In this document: piece by piece, positions 1 to 13,667 of the stretch
Position numbering within the stretch: the first letter of the stretch is position 1
Layout of the letters: every line of letters starts with the position of its first letter
From: Leucoraja erinacea
Lineage: Eukaryota
Assembly: GCF_028641065.1 (NCBI RefSeq)
Contig: NC_073412.1
Location: 1,736,001 to 1,800,000, forward strand
Length of the DNA: 64,000 nucleotides
Direction of reading: 5' to 3'
Position numbers and translations under genes: made by a program
Notes under the pieces: generated by a model
What the model was told of the DNA's origin: nothing
The model's database searches: none
The model's input: only the letters and a program-made list of their open reading frames with translations

Positions 1-2994
1 TCATGCCCCATACATCCCACAAAGCTTTGCCCACCAGCTGACATCTGTGTGTTATATTGCTCTTAACTCCCTCTAAACGGTGATTATCTGTGTGTGCCTT
101 GTGCTTAAATACATTTGCACTTTGTCAGGAGTGTCGAGAGAAAAAATACAGCGCAGTATTTGGATAGTGTCATTGGAAACATGAGCCACCAGAATGCACA
201 CACATAACCTATGTCAAGAGCCAAGAGCTTCTTCAGATCCGATATTGAGGGGCAATCTTTTATCACAAATATTCAGTTTCCCTCCTTTTGATTTTCAAGT
301 CTTTGGAAGGTTGATTGCTCAGGGTTTAGGGCATAAATAGAGTGGATGTGGAGAGGATGCTTCCACTTGTGGGAGAGTCTAGGACTCAGAATCGATGTGT
401 CGAAAGGAACTGCAGATGCTGGTTTACACTGAAGAGTAATTCTTCGGAGTCTGCAGAAGTGTCTCGACCTGAACAGGTCACCTATTCCTTCTATCCAGTG
501 ATGCTGCCTGGGGTGGGGAGATTGCAACCTTCATGTGGTCCGCCCTGTTTCGACTAATGCAATCAACTCGACGTGCACAAACGGAAGATCAAATAGAACA
601 AGTTGTCCGACAACTTTAGGCTGTGCACGCCACATGCAAGAAGAAGTGATGCTTTCTGATCCGCTGAGTTACTCCAGTATTTTGTGTTGAGTCTCAGAAT
701 TTCGTTTAGTTATTAGAATGTTGGAACAGACTTGTTGGTCTGAAGGATTTTCTCTCAGTTCTATGTTTCTATATCCTTTCATTGGTGTATATTCACCCAA
801 GAATAAAGGGCATTCAGGTGTTGTCATTTAGCTCTTAGGGCTAATGGAATCGAGGGATATGGGGGAAAAAGCAGGAATGGGGTACTGATTGGGGATGATC
901 AGCCATGATCACATTGAATGGCGGTGCTGGCTCAAAGGGCCAAATGGCCTCCTCCTGCACCTATTGTCTATGTTTCTATGTCACAAGCTATATTGGACAG
1001 TCTGTTTAGAGACACAGCAGTGAAACAGGCCATTTGGCCCATCAAGTCCATGCTGGCCACTGACCACTAGTGACCACACCAGTTTTAGGTCATCCCATTT
1101 CCTCATCCATTCTCTCCACACTCGCGCTGACTACGGGTGCTGTCTGTGCGGAGTTTGCACGTTTGTCTGGGTGCTTCCTCGCACATTCACAAAGATGTGC
1201 GGGTTTGTAGGTTAATTGGCATCTGTGGATTGTCCCTAGTTTGTAGGATAGAACTAGTGTGTGGGGGATTGCCCCTTGGTGCAGACATGGTGGGCCGAAG
1301 GGCCTGTTTCAATGCTGTATCTATAAACTGCAGGCTTGGTTACTCTCTCTCCATTCTTTTCTCCCCAATGTGACCCATCTACCAATCAACCCCCCCCCCC
1401 CCCCACCTGGATCTACCTATCATAGGGTCTTACAGCATGGAAACAGGCCCTTTGGCCCAACCTGCCATAGACACAAAATGCTGGAGTAAGTCAACGGGAC
1501 AGGCAGCAACAGTCCAGGGATATGGTGAGACGGCAGGAATGGGGTACTGATTGTAGATGATCTGCCATGATCACAGTGAATGATGGTGCTGCCTCGATGG
1601 GCTGAATGGCCTACTCTTACACCTATTATCTATTGTCTATTGCATCTCTGGAGTGGAGGAGTGGGTGAAGTTTTGGGTCTAGTCCCTTCTTCACTTGCTA
1701 GCAATCCATCATTTTTCTCATTACTGCATTAGCCTGAAGAAGGGTCCTGACCCGAAACGTTGTCTGTCCAATTCCCTCGTTAGAGGGCGTTGGGGTGGTT
1801 TGGAGAGCGTTCAAGTGCGTTAGAGGCCGTTAGGTGGCATGAGTACTGTGGAGGTCATTCCAGGTCCTCCACTGTAAAATATTGCGGGAGGAATCCCTGA
1901 CATGACAGCACATCCAGATGTGAGCCTTCCTACCATTCCATGAGTTCTTGCTCGCAGTTAGTTCTGTATTTAGTTCAGTGTCCGCCTTCATCGCTGACTG
2001 CTCACGGTCGACATCTGGAATGCAGTAAGATTCTTTGACTGAGTGCGAGTTTTATGAAAACACTGGAACAACTAAAGGATATTGGCGAGTGAGTTAGTGC
2101 TGTCATCAATTAGATATTCCTAAGTATGATCGCAGATGTCAATACTGTACATGTGGCACTGAAGCCAGACCTCTGCAGTGGACTTCCATGGACTCTAGTT
2201 TAGTTTAGAGATACAGCGCGGAAACAGGACCTTAGGGTCCACACCGACCAGCGACCCCCGCATATTAACAATTTTTTTTCCCTTTACCGAGCCAATTTAC
2301 CTACATAGCTGTACGTCTTTGGAAAGCTGCTGAGTTACTCCAGCACTTTGTGCCCTTCTTTGGTATAAACTAGCACTTGCAGTTACTTCCTGCACATTGA
2401 ACCTGCAGTCCGAGATCTCTACGCTCTACAACACTCCCTACAACATATACAGGGCCCGATGCTTGTGCCTATGAAGCAGGACAAATCCCACCCTGCCAAC
2501 CACCTCTTCACTCTGCTACCCTCTGAGAGGCGATACAGGTCCCTGAAAACTAAAAAATAGTTCCTACCCATGTGCGATAAAAGAATTTTCTATTTATTTA
2601 AAAAAATAAAATTTATTAGAAGTACAATACAGTGGTACAAAAATTATGTTTACATATTACATTCTCTGTACAACTTCCTTTTTTTTTAAAGAAAGGAGAG
2701 AGGAAAAAGAGGTTGTGAAAAGTGAGGGATAGACTAGTGAGCGTGAGTGAAAAACACATAAAGAAAAAAGGAATGAGTGAAGGAGAGCAGGAGGGACATT
2801 ATTCAATCGCCACAAGGAGATTTTTAATATTCTGAATCGTCTTATCTCCCATACGTGAAACGTTTCGGTTTCACGATACTATGTCACCACATGACCGCGA
2901 TAAAAGGACTTAACTCTAACAGAGAACACTGGGGAAAGCACAATATAATTCGGGGTGCAATATAATGGGCAAAACTCTTTTTAAATGGGCTTTT

Positions 2995-3212
2995 TAAATC
3001 ACAATGGACTAAGTGTTCGGCTGGTGACCGGAAGGTAGCCGGTTCGAATCCCGCTTGGAGCGCATACTGTCGTTGTGTCCTTGGGGCAAGACACTTCACC
3101 CACCTTTGCCTGTGTGTAATGTAATGTAATTATGTGAAGCACTTTGGGGTCAATGCAAGTTGACTGAAAATGTGCTATATAAATAAGTTTATTATTATTA
3201 TTATTATTTATT
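2995..3212 (+). mobile_element. CORE-type tRNA SINE with an L2-like tail
   Basis: B-box GGTTCGAATCCC, CORE-like TGTGTCCTTGGGGCAAGACACTTCACCC, tail GTGAAGCACTTTGGG...AATGTGCTATATAAAT(TTA)n. Confidence 0.65.
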
Positions 3213-3819
3213 ATGTGTATTGTTATGTGCCTTACATCGCCCGGCGCGGCTTTAAGTGGCCGTGGGACTTGCTAGCGCCCGCCGGGGGCTTTGACTTTGA
3301 CTTTGACTTTGGGAGAGGAATGGAGAGCAGGGGAGAGAGAGACAAGACTTTGCCTTCCATCACAGTGAGCTGGAGATACACTGTGATGGATGTTTGTGTG
3401 AATTGTGTTGGTGTGTGTCTTGGTTCTTTTCTTGTATGTCTGCAGAAACCAAATTTCGTTTGAACGTCATGTCAGGTTCAAATGACAAAATAACGCTATT
3501 GTATTGTTGCATATGTTATGTGGATTTTGTGTATATGGGAGTCAATGGCTGTTGTGTTTTGTTATTTTTAAACGAAGGAGATGCAATGTGATTTTGCTGC
3601 ACAGTATTGTACCATCACAAATAACGTATTCGATTCTATTCTCCCCAAGTGAAAGAAAGGCTGGGATTGTTCCCGATGGCCTTGCCAACATTCTTTCCTT
3701 AACCAGGAAAACTGATGAACAGTGAGGAATGTTGGCCTGTTGAATTGGAGATATCACTGCCGGCTATAACCGGTGGCGCAGCGGTAGAGTTACATGGAAA
3801 CATAGACAATAGGTGCAGG

Positions 3820-4520
3820 TGATGAAGCCGAATTTTAGTTAAAAATATAAGAAGATATTAAATTGGCTTCTGGGCTAGCTTACAGCTTATATTTAGTGTC
3901 AAATTAGGCTTGCCTTAGGTTGTGGTGTGTGTGAGATAATAAATCCTATAACATTGTCTCCCAAGTGAGGAAGTGACAGAGAGGAGAAGCTAGAGATATC
4001 TTTGAAGTAAGATGCCATAAACCAAATGGCCAATGTTTATGGGGGAGGAGGCAATAAAGGAAGAGAGACATAGCCAGTCACATCTTTGTAAACAAATGAC
4101 CTATGTTTATGAGGGACCAAATGACAGAGGAAGCAGCGAAAAAGCTAGGGTGGTCTATTTGGAGATAAAATGACCTAAAGCAAATGGCCAATGTTTTTAG
4201 TATATCTTGTACCATGTAAACAAAAGGTTTGATGTGATGCATTCTGTGGAAACCTTTTCCTGTACCTCTGACCATGACTAATGTCTGTGGAATGTGCTAA
4301 GGGGACAAAAAAACCCTATTTAAGGCAATGTAAGTCTGTTGTTAAGGGAAGAGGACCGAGGATGGTCAAGTGTCTACATTGGTCACTTAGCTGGAAATTC
4401 TCGCTCCCTTCCATCGGCCCATGTTAAGTAAAGTTTTGAACTGGTCTACCAAACAGTCTGTGTGGTGTCTGTTTATTAAGAAGCGAACCTGGTTTAGTAG
4501 TTATAAAAGTAACTTTTTCA
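3820..4520 (+). mobile_element. Solo LTR (701 bp)
   Basis: TGATG...TTTCA termini and a 4-bp TSD CAGG (3816-3819, 4521-4524). Interrupts a CR1 3' tail (aggtgcagg|agtagagg). Confidence 0.85.
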
Positions 4521-6645
4521 CAGGAGTAGAGGCCATTCGGCCCTTTGAGCCTGCACCGCCATTCAATATGATCAAGGCTGATCATCCAACTCGGTATCCC
4601 ATCCCTGCCTTCTCTCCATACCCCCTGATCCCTTGAGCCACAAGGGCCACATCTAACTCCCTCTTAAATATAGCCAATGAACTGTGGCCTCAACTACCTT
4701 CTGTGGCAGAGAGTTCCAGAGATTCACCACTCCCTGTGTGAAATTTTTTTTTCTCATCTCGGTCCTAAAAGATTTCCCCCTTATCCTTAAGCTGTGTGAC
4801 CCCTTCTGAGACGGGATATTGACCCCAGAATCAGTCTAACATCTCACACCTTTGAAAGGAAGGATCTGACAGATAGACAAACCTTTGAGGTCCTTTGGCA
4901 GCTTGCAACCCCAGCCCTATGAATATCGATTTCTCTATAACTCCGTAACCCTCAGATAGACACTAAATGCAGGTCAAGGGGAGAACGCACAAACTCCGTG
5001 CAGACACTAGAATTTAGAAAATTGAGGGGGGATCTTAAAGAAACTTACAAAATTCTTAAGGGGTTGGACAGGCTAGATGCAGGAACATCATTCCCGATGT
5101 TGGGGAAGTCCAGAACAAGGGGTCACACAGTTTAAGGATCAAGGGGAAATCTTTTAGCACCGAGATGAGGAAAACATTTTTCACACAGAGAGTGGTGAAT
5201 CTGTGGAATTCTCTGCCACAGAAAGTAGTTGAGGCCACAGTTCATTGGCTATATTTAAGAGGGAGTTAGATGTGGCCCTTGTGGCTAAAGGGATCAGGGG
5301 GTATGGAGAGAAGGCAGGTACAGGATACTGAGTTGGATGATCAGCCATGATCATATTGAATGGCGGTGCAGGCTTGAAGGGCCGAATGGCCTACTCCTAA
5401 AGGATTTGAGTATAGGTTCTTGAAGGAAATAGGCAACGTTTCGGGTCGAAACCCGGAAGGGTTTCGTCCTGAAACGTTGCCTATTTCCTTCGCTCCATAG
5501 ATGTTGCTGCACCCGCTGAGTTTCTCCAGCACAGCCATAATCATATTGAATGGCGGTGCAGGCTCGAAGGGCCGAATGGCCTACTCCTGCACCTATTGTC
5601 TATGTTTCTAAGAGCTGAGTGGTAGCACTGGCAGATTTTTCCCCACGAACAGGGTCTATTTTAGTGTTACATTTCAGTGATTCTAATAAATGGGGCCACA
5701 GTTTTGGAGTCTCGTTGCTGCAGTGCTGGAAGTGTATTAGCCATCCAAGATCCTGCTCCCTATCGCCACCTAATGATTCTTGCTGGTACACAAAATTGCT
5801 GGAGAAACTCAGCGGGTGCAGCAGCATCTATGGAGCGAAGGAAATAGGCGACGTTTCGGGCCGAAACCCTTGCTGGAAGGTTTAGTTTAGTTTGGAGATA
5901 CAGCGCAGAAACAGGCCCTTCGGCCCAACGTGTCCGTGCCGACCAGCGACCCCCGCACACTAACACCATCCTACACACACTAAGGAAGAATTTACTATTT
6001 TAACTGAAGCCAATTAACCCACATCTTTGGAGTGTGGAAGGAAATCGGGGAACCTGGAGAAAACCCACGCGGTCCCAGGGAGAACGTGCAAACTCCGTAC
6101 AGACAGCACCTGAGGTCAGGATCAACCACGTGTGTCTGGTGCTGTGAGGCCCTGTGTTATATCCTTTATCAGATCCTTGATTCAGATTCAGATTCAATTT
6201 TAATTGTCATTGTCAGTGTACAGTACAGAGACAACGAAATGCCTTGAGATGAGGAGGTTTTTTTTTTTTTAGCGGTATAGATACACTTTTAAAGAATAGG
6301 CAGGAACGTTGATTCACGCCAATGATCTTGGTGAATGAGGAACAGCCTCAGAAGGCTGAGTGGTCTGTTTGAGCAAAATGCTCCCCGTATAATCCCATCA
6401 CTTTGGTTATGTTTCTCAAGATGTAGCACAGAACGCCATAGGAGATCCTTCTTCCCTGTGGCTATCAAGCTGTACAACTCCTCCCCACCCCACCCCCCTT
6501 CTAGCGTGGGGTAGACTGAGACTGACTCCTCTCCCCCCCTCCTCCCCAAACCTTTCCACTTATCACTTTAATTTAGTGTTTATAATGGTTGAACACAAAC
6601 TCAAACCCGATGCTAGGGTCGGGTGAGTGGGTGTAGGGAAGGAAG

Positions 6646-7248
6646 TGAAAAAGTTACTTTTATAACAACTAAACCAGGTTCGCTTCTTAATAAACAGACA
6701 CCACACAAACTGTTTGGTAGACCAGTTCAAAACTTTACTTAACATTGGCCGATGAAAGGGAGCGAGAATTCCAGCTAAGTGACCAATGTACACACTCGAC
6801 TGTCCTCGGTCCTCTTCTCTGAACAACAGAATTACATTGCCTTAAATAGGTTTTTTTTGTCCCCTTAGCACATTCCACAGACATTAGTCATGGTCAGAGG
6901 TACAGGAAAAGGTTTCCACAGAATGCATCACATCAAAGGCCTTTTGTTTAAATGGTACAAAATATACTAAAAACATTGGCCATTTGCTTTAGGTCATTTT
7001 ATCTCCACTTCCCTGGTTCTTCTTTGTCACTTGGCCATCTGCTTTATTGCCTCTTGCTTCAAAGATGTGACCAACTATGTCTCTCTTCCTCTATCACCTC
7101 CTCACTTGGGAGACAATGTTATGGTATTTATTATCCCACACACTGCAACCTGAGACAAGCCTAATTTGACACTAAATATAAACTGTAAGCTAGCCCCGAA
7201 ACCTATTTTAATTTTTTCTTATTTTTGTAACTTTATTTGGCTTCATCA
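6646..7248 (-). mobile_element. Solo LTR, same family, inverted (603 bp)
   Basis: Reverse-complement homolog of 3820-4520 with its own 4-bp TSD GAAG (6642-6645, 7249-7252). Confidence 0.85.
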
Positions 7249-7462
7249 GAAGGGCAGTGGGATAAATCTCCGCTTCTTTCACTTCTTCATTCGTTTTTCT
7301 CTTCTCTTTTTATAAAAAATAATAATTTAGTGTTTCATGTATCTCGTGTGTTTATGACTGTTGGCAGATCAATTTCCCTCCTGGGATAAATAAAGTTCTA
7401 TCGTATTGTATGTGGATTCCTTAACCCATGGTCACCAACTGCTTGTTTGTCCAATCCTGCAG

Positions 7463-7578
7463 ACACTTGGTCGATGTTGTTGTCGGGGTCGTGAAGGGCA
7501 GAGCATCGTCAGACAGGCAGATCTTCTAGACGATCTTCATTCTGCCTTCATCACCAACACTCCCCACCATCCTCAGCG
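7463..7578 (+). other. CD276: CD276 5' UTR part of the first coding exon
   Basis: Acceptor ttgtttgtccaatcctgcAG ends at 7462 and is contiguous with the signal-peptide CDS. It implies a further upstream non-coding exon, which was not identified. Confidence 0.55.
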
Positions 7579-7636
7579 ATGCCCTTCGCCATCTTCCCGC
7601 TGTGTTTACTGCCTCTACTGCTGGGACTTTGCAGAG
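7579..7636 (+). CDS. CD276: CD276/B7-H3 signal-peptide exon (MPFAIFPLCLLPLLLGLCR+G)
   Basis: ATG at 7579 with G at -3, 19 mostly hydrophobic codons, then a phase-1 donor G|GTAAGC at 7637. It joins in frame to the IgV exon to give ...LCR-G-ALDIQVP (human: ...FCLT-G-ALEVQVP). Not in the ORF track in this frame. Confidence 0.85.
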
Positions 7637-9789
7637 GTAAGCCGCAAACTTTGCATTGCATTCGCCTGCTCGCCCTCAAAGGCACAAGGCAGGCCCAGGC
7701 CCTTTGGCCCAACTCGTCCACACTGACCGATTGTTAAGGGCTTGGGCACTCTGGAGTTTAGAAGGATGAGAGGGGATCTCATTGAAACATATAAGATTGT
7801 TAAGGCTTGGACACTCTAGAGTTTAGAAGGATGAGAGGGGATCTCATTGCAACATATAAGATTGTTAAGGCTTGGACACGCTAGAGGCAGGAAACATGTT
7901 CCCGATGTTGGGGGAGTCCAGAACCAGGGGCCACACACAGTTTAAGAATAAGGGGTAAGCCATTTAGAACGGAAACACTTTTTCTCACAGAGAGTGGGTG
8001 AAGCTGTGGAATTCTCTGCCTCACAGAGGGCGGTGGAGGCCGGTTCTCTGGATGCTTTCAAGAGAGAGCTAGATAGGGGTCTTAAAAATAGCGGAGTCAG
8101 GGGATATGGGGAGAAGGCAGGAACGGGGTACTGATTGGGGATGATCAGCCATGATCACATTGAATGGTGGTGCTGGCTCAAAGGGCCGAATGGCCTACTC
8201 CTGCACCTATTGTCTATTGACCATAATGCCCTTGCAAGCTTTCCATAAGACAGAGGAACAGAATGAGGCCATTCAACCCATTGAGTCTACTACGCTATTA
8301 AATCATGGCTGATCTATTTTCCCACAGGACTCCATTCTCCTGCCTTCCCCCATAATCTTCCTAATCAAGTACCTATCAATCTCCGCTTGAAAATACCAAA
8401 TTTGACCTCCGCAGCCGTCTGTGGCAATGAATCCCACAGATTCACCACCCTCTGGCTTAAGAAATTCTTCCTCATCTCCTTTCTAAACCAAGTCTTACAA
8501 CTTTCCAAACGATCGATGGGTTAGCTAAATAAACTTTCCTGGGATTTCCTTGCTTCATGTATGAAAAGGTTGGTCATGACCAGGCTGGCTCGATCATGTT
8601 GGTTTGTTGTTTCCAGGTGAACTGAGAAAATGTGATAAAACTTTGTGTGCTATCCTTTCAAATCATGCTGTACATGAAATTAATCAAACCACACTGAGGT
8701 AGGGCATGAAGAAGGGTCTCGACCCGAAACGTCACCCATTCCTTCTCTCCAGAGATGCTGCTTGTCCCGCTGAGTTACTCCAGCATTTTGTGTCTGTCTT
8801 CAGTGTAAACCAGCATCTGCAGCGANNNNNNNNNNNNNNNNNNNNNNNNNNNNNNNNNNNNNNNNNNNNNNNNNNNNNNNNNNNNNNNNNNNNNNNNNNN
8901 NNNNNNNNNNNNNNNNNNNNNNNNNNNNNNNNNNNNNNNNNNNNNNNNNNNNNNNNNNNNNNNNNNNNNNNNNNNNNNNNNNNNNNNNNNNNNNNNNNNN
9001 NNNNNNNNNNNNNNNNNNNNNNNNNNNNNNNNNNNNNNNNNNNNNNNNNNNNNNNNNNNNNNNNNNNNNNNNNNNNNNNNNNNNNNNNNNNNNNNNNNNN
9101 NNNNNNNNNNNNNNNNNNNNNNNNNNNNNNNNNNNNNNNNNNNNNNNNNNNNNNNNNNNNNNNNNNNNNNNNNNNNNNNNNNNNNNNNNNNNNNNNNNNN
9201 NNNNNNNNNNNNNNNNNNNNNNNNNNNNNNNNNNNNNNNNNNNNNNNNNNNNNNNNNNNNNNNNNNNNNNNNNNNNNNNNNNNNNNNNCAGACAAACATA
9301 CAGACAACACACACACACACACACGAGCTAGAGTTCAGATTATAGTGTTACAGAACTATAGCTTTACAGTTACAGAGGAAGTGCAAGAAAAAAATGCAAG
9401 TACCACAGTATGGTAGGGTGGAAGATTGGGAAGACACCCTAGCTAATAGTGTAAGGAAATGGTCGAACTGTTGATCTACAAACTTGTTCTTGCATGGCAC
9501 AAACAACCAAANNNNNNNNNNNNNNNNNNNNNNNNNNNNNNNNNNNNNNNNNNNNNNNNNNNNNNNNNNNNNNNNNNNNNNNNNNNNNNNNNNNNNNNNN
9601 NNNNNNNNNNNNNNNNNNNNNNNNNNNNNNNNNNNNNNNNNNNNNNNNNNNNNNNNNNNNNNNNNNNNNNNNNNNNNNNNNNNNNNNNNNNNNNNNNNNN
9701 NNNNNNNNNNNNNNNNNNNNNNNNNNNNNNNNNNNNNNNNNNNNNNNNNNNNNNNNNNNNNNNNNNNNNNNNNNNNNNNNNACGCTGGC

Positions 9790-10020
9790 AATTGGGCGAG
9801 TGCGTGTGTGCCCGTGTGCATGCGCGGGGGAGTGTGTAAGAGGGTGTGTGCTAGTGCGTGCGCATGTGCACACGCGTGTGAGAATGCGCGGGGGATTGTG
9901 TGAGGGTGTGTGTGTGTGCACGCGTGTGCGTGCAAGTGTGGGCGTGCGAGTGTGTGCGAGTGTGCAAGGGCACAGATGAGTGAGAGGAGCGTGACTGGTG
10001 CAGGTTGAACGAGTGTGTGT
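9790..10020. repeat. Degenerate (GT)n microsatellite
   Basis: Direct inspection; adjacent to N runs 8826-9288 and 9512-9781. Confidence 0.9.
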
Positions 10021-10591
10021 TGCAGTGAGTAATGGAAGCAAGGTGTGGGTGACAGATCACACAGCAGTATCTGCTCCTCTGCTGCAGCCCTGTCACTGGC
10101 AAAGGCAAGAATGATGTGGTGTTTGTAAAATGTATTTTAAAGATGGTTCCCATGCTGTGATTACAGTCGCTATCCATCGTCTGACCTAGTTATCCATAAC
10201 TATAATATACCACCACTGCCACATTCCATATCCACAATCCATGGTGTCTTTGCGTTCCTGACCTTAGTCTTAAAACAATGATGTGTACCGTCCTGCAGGG
10301 ACTGTCTGCTGTAAAATATAGTCCCTGTGAAAGCGCGAGTGAAAGACTATCATTCTATCTTGCAGCAGTAATAATAATACAGGCTGCCTTCTCTTCTCTA
10401 GTTTATGGCATTTCCAAAACCCCTCAATCAAATAACTCTTAAATTACTTATTTGAACCGTGCACAATCACAGGTTTGTGACACTTCTACGGGAATACTCT
10501 TCAGGTAGAAGTTCACTGGTTCAAGTCCCGCACCGGCTTTAAATCTTGTCAAGGGAGGCCACGGTGTTGCAGTGGTAGAGTTGCTGCCTTA

Positions 10592-10817
10592 TGCCCCTGT
10601 CCCACTTAGGAAACCTCCATGGAAACCTCTGGAGACTTTGCGCCCCACCCAAGGTTTCCGTGCGGTTCCCGGAGGTTGCAGGTGGTTGCCGGAGGTTGCA
10701 GCTAGTGGAAGCAGGTAGGGAGACTGACAAAAACCTCCGGGAACCGCACGGAAACCTTGGGTGGGGCGCAAAGTCTCCAGAGGTTTCCGTTCAGGTTTCC
10801 TAAGTGGGACAGGGGCA
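10592..10817. mobile_element. PIF/Harbinger-type foldback MITE
   Basis: TIR TGCCCCTGTCCCACTTAGGAAACCT with a TTA duplication; nearly palindromic; inserted in an HE1-like SINE head. Confidence 0.85.
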
Positions 10818-11779
10818 TTACAGCGCGTGCAGCGCCGGAGATCCGGGTTCAATCCCAACTACGGGTGCTGTCTGTACGGAGTTTGCACGTTCTCCCCGTG
10901 ACCTGCACAGGGTTTCTCTGAGATCTTCGGTTTCTTCCCACACTCCAAAGACGTGCAAGTTTGTAAGTTAATTGGCTTGTTGTACGTGTAAATTGTCCCT
11001 AGCGTGTGTTACTCAGTTACTCCAGCATTTTGTGTCTATCTTTAAGGTTTCAATTGACGACACAAATGTCTGTCTCCACAGACGTTGCCTGGTCTGATGG
11101 CTATAACCATATAACCATTACAGCACGGAAACAGGCCATCTCGACCCTTCTAGTCCGTGCCGAACACATAATCTCCCCTAGTCCCATATACCTGCGCTCA
11201 GACCATAACCCTCCATTCCCTTCCCGTCCATATAACTATCCAATTTATTTTTAAATGATAAAACGAACCTGCCTCCACCACCTTCACTGGAAGCTCATTC
11301 CACACAGCTACCACTCTCTGAGTAACGAAGTTCCCCCTCATGTTACCACTAAACTTCAGTCCCTTAATTCTCAAGTCATGTCTCCTTATGACTATGTTCA
11401 ACAAATTCCAAATTAATTTAGATCTCTATCATTCTGTTGCCTCCTGTTTTGGCATTGAAGAACTGTGTAATTAACCCTGGGAGGAGATAAACACAGTGTT
11501 GAGAAAATACAGGCTATGGATAGTGGGGCTGTGTGGGGTGAAATTGCATTTAAAAAACGCACTGGAATTTTTGATCTGTAAGGAATATTGAAAAGTATAT
11601 GTAGACATTAGGAACTGCAGATGGTGGTTTATTTTAAAAAAAAAGGCAAAGTGCTGGAGTAACTCAGCGGGTCAGGCAGCATCTCTGGAGAACATGAATA
11701 GGCGACGCTTTGAGCTGCGGCTTTGCCTGCGATAGCTGGTGGGGCAATGGTGCCAAATTAGTACCGGTAGATGATCTGC

Positions 11780-12310
11780 AGATCTATCAGAGGAAGGATA
11801 TGCTGGCCTTGGAGAGAGTCCAGAGGAGGTTTACAAGAACGATCCCAGGAATCAGAGGGTTTACCTATGATGAGCGTTTGTCGGCATTGGGCCTGTACTC
11901 GCTGGAGTTTAGAAGAATGAGTGGGGAGGGGCGGGGGCTGATTGAAAAGTACAGAATAGTGAAAGACTTGGATAGAGTGGATGTGGAGAGGATGTTTCCA
12001 CTAGTGGGAGAGTCTAGGACTAGAGGCCACAGCCTCAGAATTAAAGGATGTTCTTTTAGGAAGGAGATGAGGAGGAATTTCTTTAGTCAGAGGGTGGTGA
12101 ATCTGTGGAATTCTTTGCCACAGTTGGCTGTGGAGGCCACAAGTCAGTGGATATTTTGAAGGCAGAGATAGATAGATTCTTGATTAGTGTGTGTGTGTGT
12201 CAGAGGTTATGGGGAGAAGGCAGGAGAATGGAGTTGGGAGGTAGAGATAGATCAGGCATGATTGAATGGCAGAGTAGACTTGATGGGCTGAATGGCCTAA
12301 TTTTACTATC
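11780..12310 (+). mobile_element. CR1 LINE 3' fragment
   Basis: LERVQRRFTRTIPG...VVNLWNSLPQ plus 3' UTR. Confidence 0.88.
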
Positions 12311-13667
12311 ACTTATGACCAGGCAGCATCTCTAGAGAGAAGGAATGAGTTAGTGTTTCTTCTATCTAACTTCAATCGTGGATTTCTCGGTGATGGCAGC
12401 TTTCTCTTTAATTTGCAGTAAAATATTTCTAATAACCACCCACTTGAGCAGGTGATGGGATGTGTGTGATCACACAGTGGCCTGTAGCACAGCTGGTAGT
12501 CAACACATTATTATTATTCATCCAAAGACAGAAATATTTGTCTGATGAAAAGGAATCAGTAGCTCAGATGGAAAGCTGGTATCTTTGGTGTTAGGTTTTA
12601 GAGATACAGCGTGGTAAACAGGCCTGTAGAGTCTGCACCGACCACACATTAACACTATCCTATACACAAGGGGTTGCCAACATTACTCATCCCGTTTGCC
12701 CCAGGCAACTTTAATAGCACATATCAAAGTTATTTTCTTTTTTTGTAAAGTATTTTTATTAGAAGCATGTACACAAATAATAGTGAGTGACAATTTAATT
12801 ACTGATTTCTTACAAAGCTTCAGTTTTTAACAATGTTATTTTCATTTATTTATCAACAACTAATAATGAACAGATACCGCACCGATCAATGAGAACAAAT
12901 ATCCAGAGTTACCCCTGGGGCTAAATATACTGTAGGTTGGGAAACCTTTATACACACTATACACACACTACGGACAATTTACACACACACCAAGCCAGTG
13001 GATCTACTAACCTGTACGTCTTTGGAGTGTGAGAGGAAACCGAAGATCTCGGAGAAAAGTCACGGGGAGAACGTGCAAACTCCGTACAGACAGCGCCCGT
13101 AGTCGGGATCGAACTTGGATCTCCGGTGCTGCAAGCGCTGTAAGGCAGCGACTCTACCGCTGCGCCACCGTGACCGCCCTAAAGTTGTCTCTCTCTGGTG
13201 CTGGGATGACCTTCGGACGAGAGAAAATATTTTGTGCTTGCACGAGGTTTGATTCACACCCTGGTGCTCTCTGTTCGACACTTTGCAATTTGTAGGCTGG
13301 TGTTGCTCCCAGATTTGCCAGCCAACCTGCTGTAACAAATGGTGGCTATCACCAGCGCTGGCAGGTCATTACCAGAGTAACAGACACAACTGTAACAGCA
13401 GCGGGATTATCTGCATCATCTCCACACTGTTACTCACCGCTCCATGTCCGACCTCTTATCTTGCTGCAGATGAGTAACGTTAATGCGTTATTGACTGAGT
13501 AGAGAGCGACGGGCTTGTTGGCAGATGGGACACGGGACGGGTAGCGTTGCAAAGATTATCGCAGTGGTTGGATGAGGCTATCCATTAAGTTAACGCTGGC
13601 GGTGAATGTAATAACACGCTGGTGCAGCGGTAGTGTTGCTGCCTTACAGCGTGTACAGACAGCACTC

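Noticed and set aside
8617-8698. Possible 82-nt internal exon (ttccAG...GAG|GTAGGG)
   Set aside because: Its length is not a multiple of 3, so it would frameshift the IgV exon; no homology.
8706-10041. Long ORFs across N runs and (GT)n tracts (also 23655-24332, 27383-28048, 29038-29705)
   Set aside because: They are open only because of Ns and low-complexity sequence.
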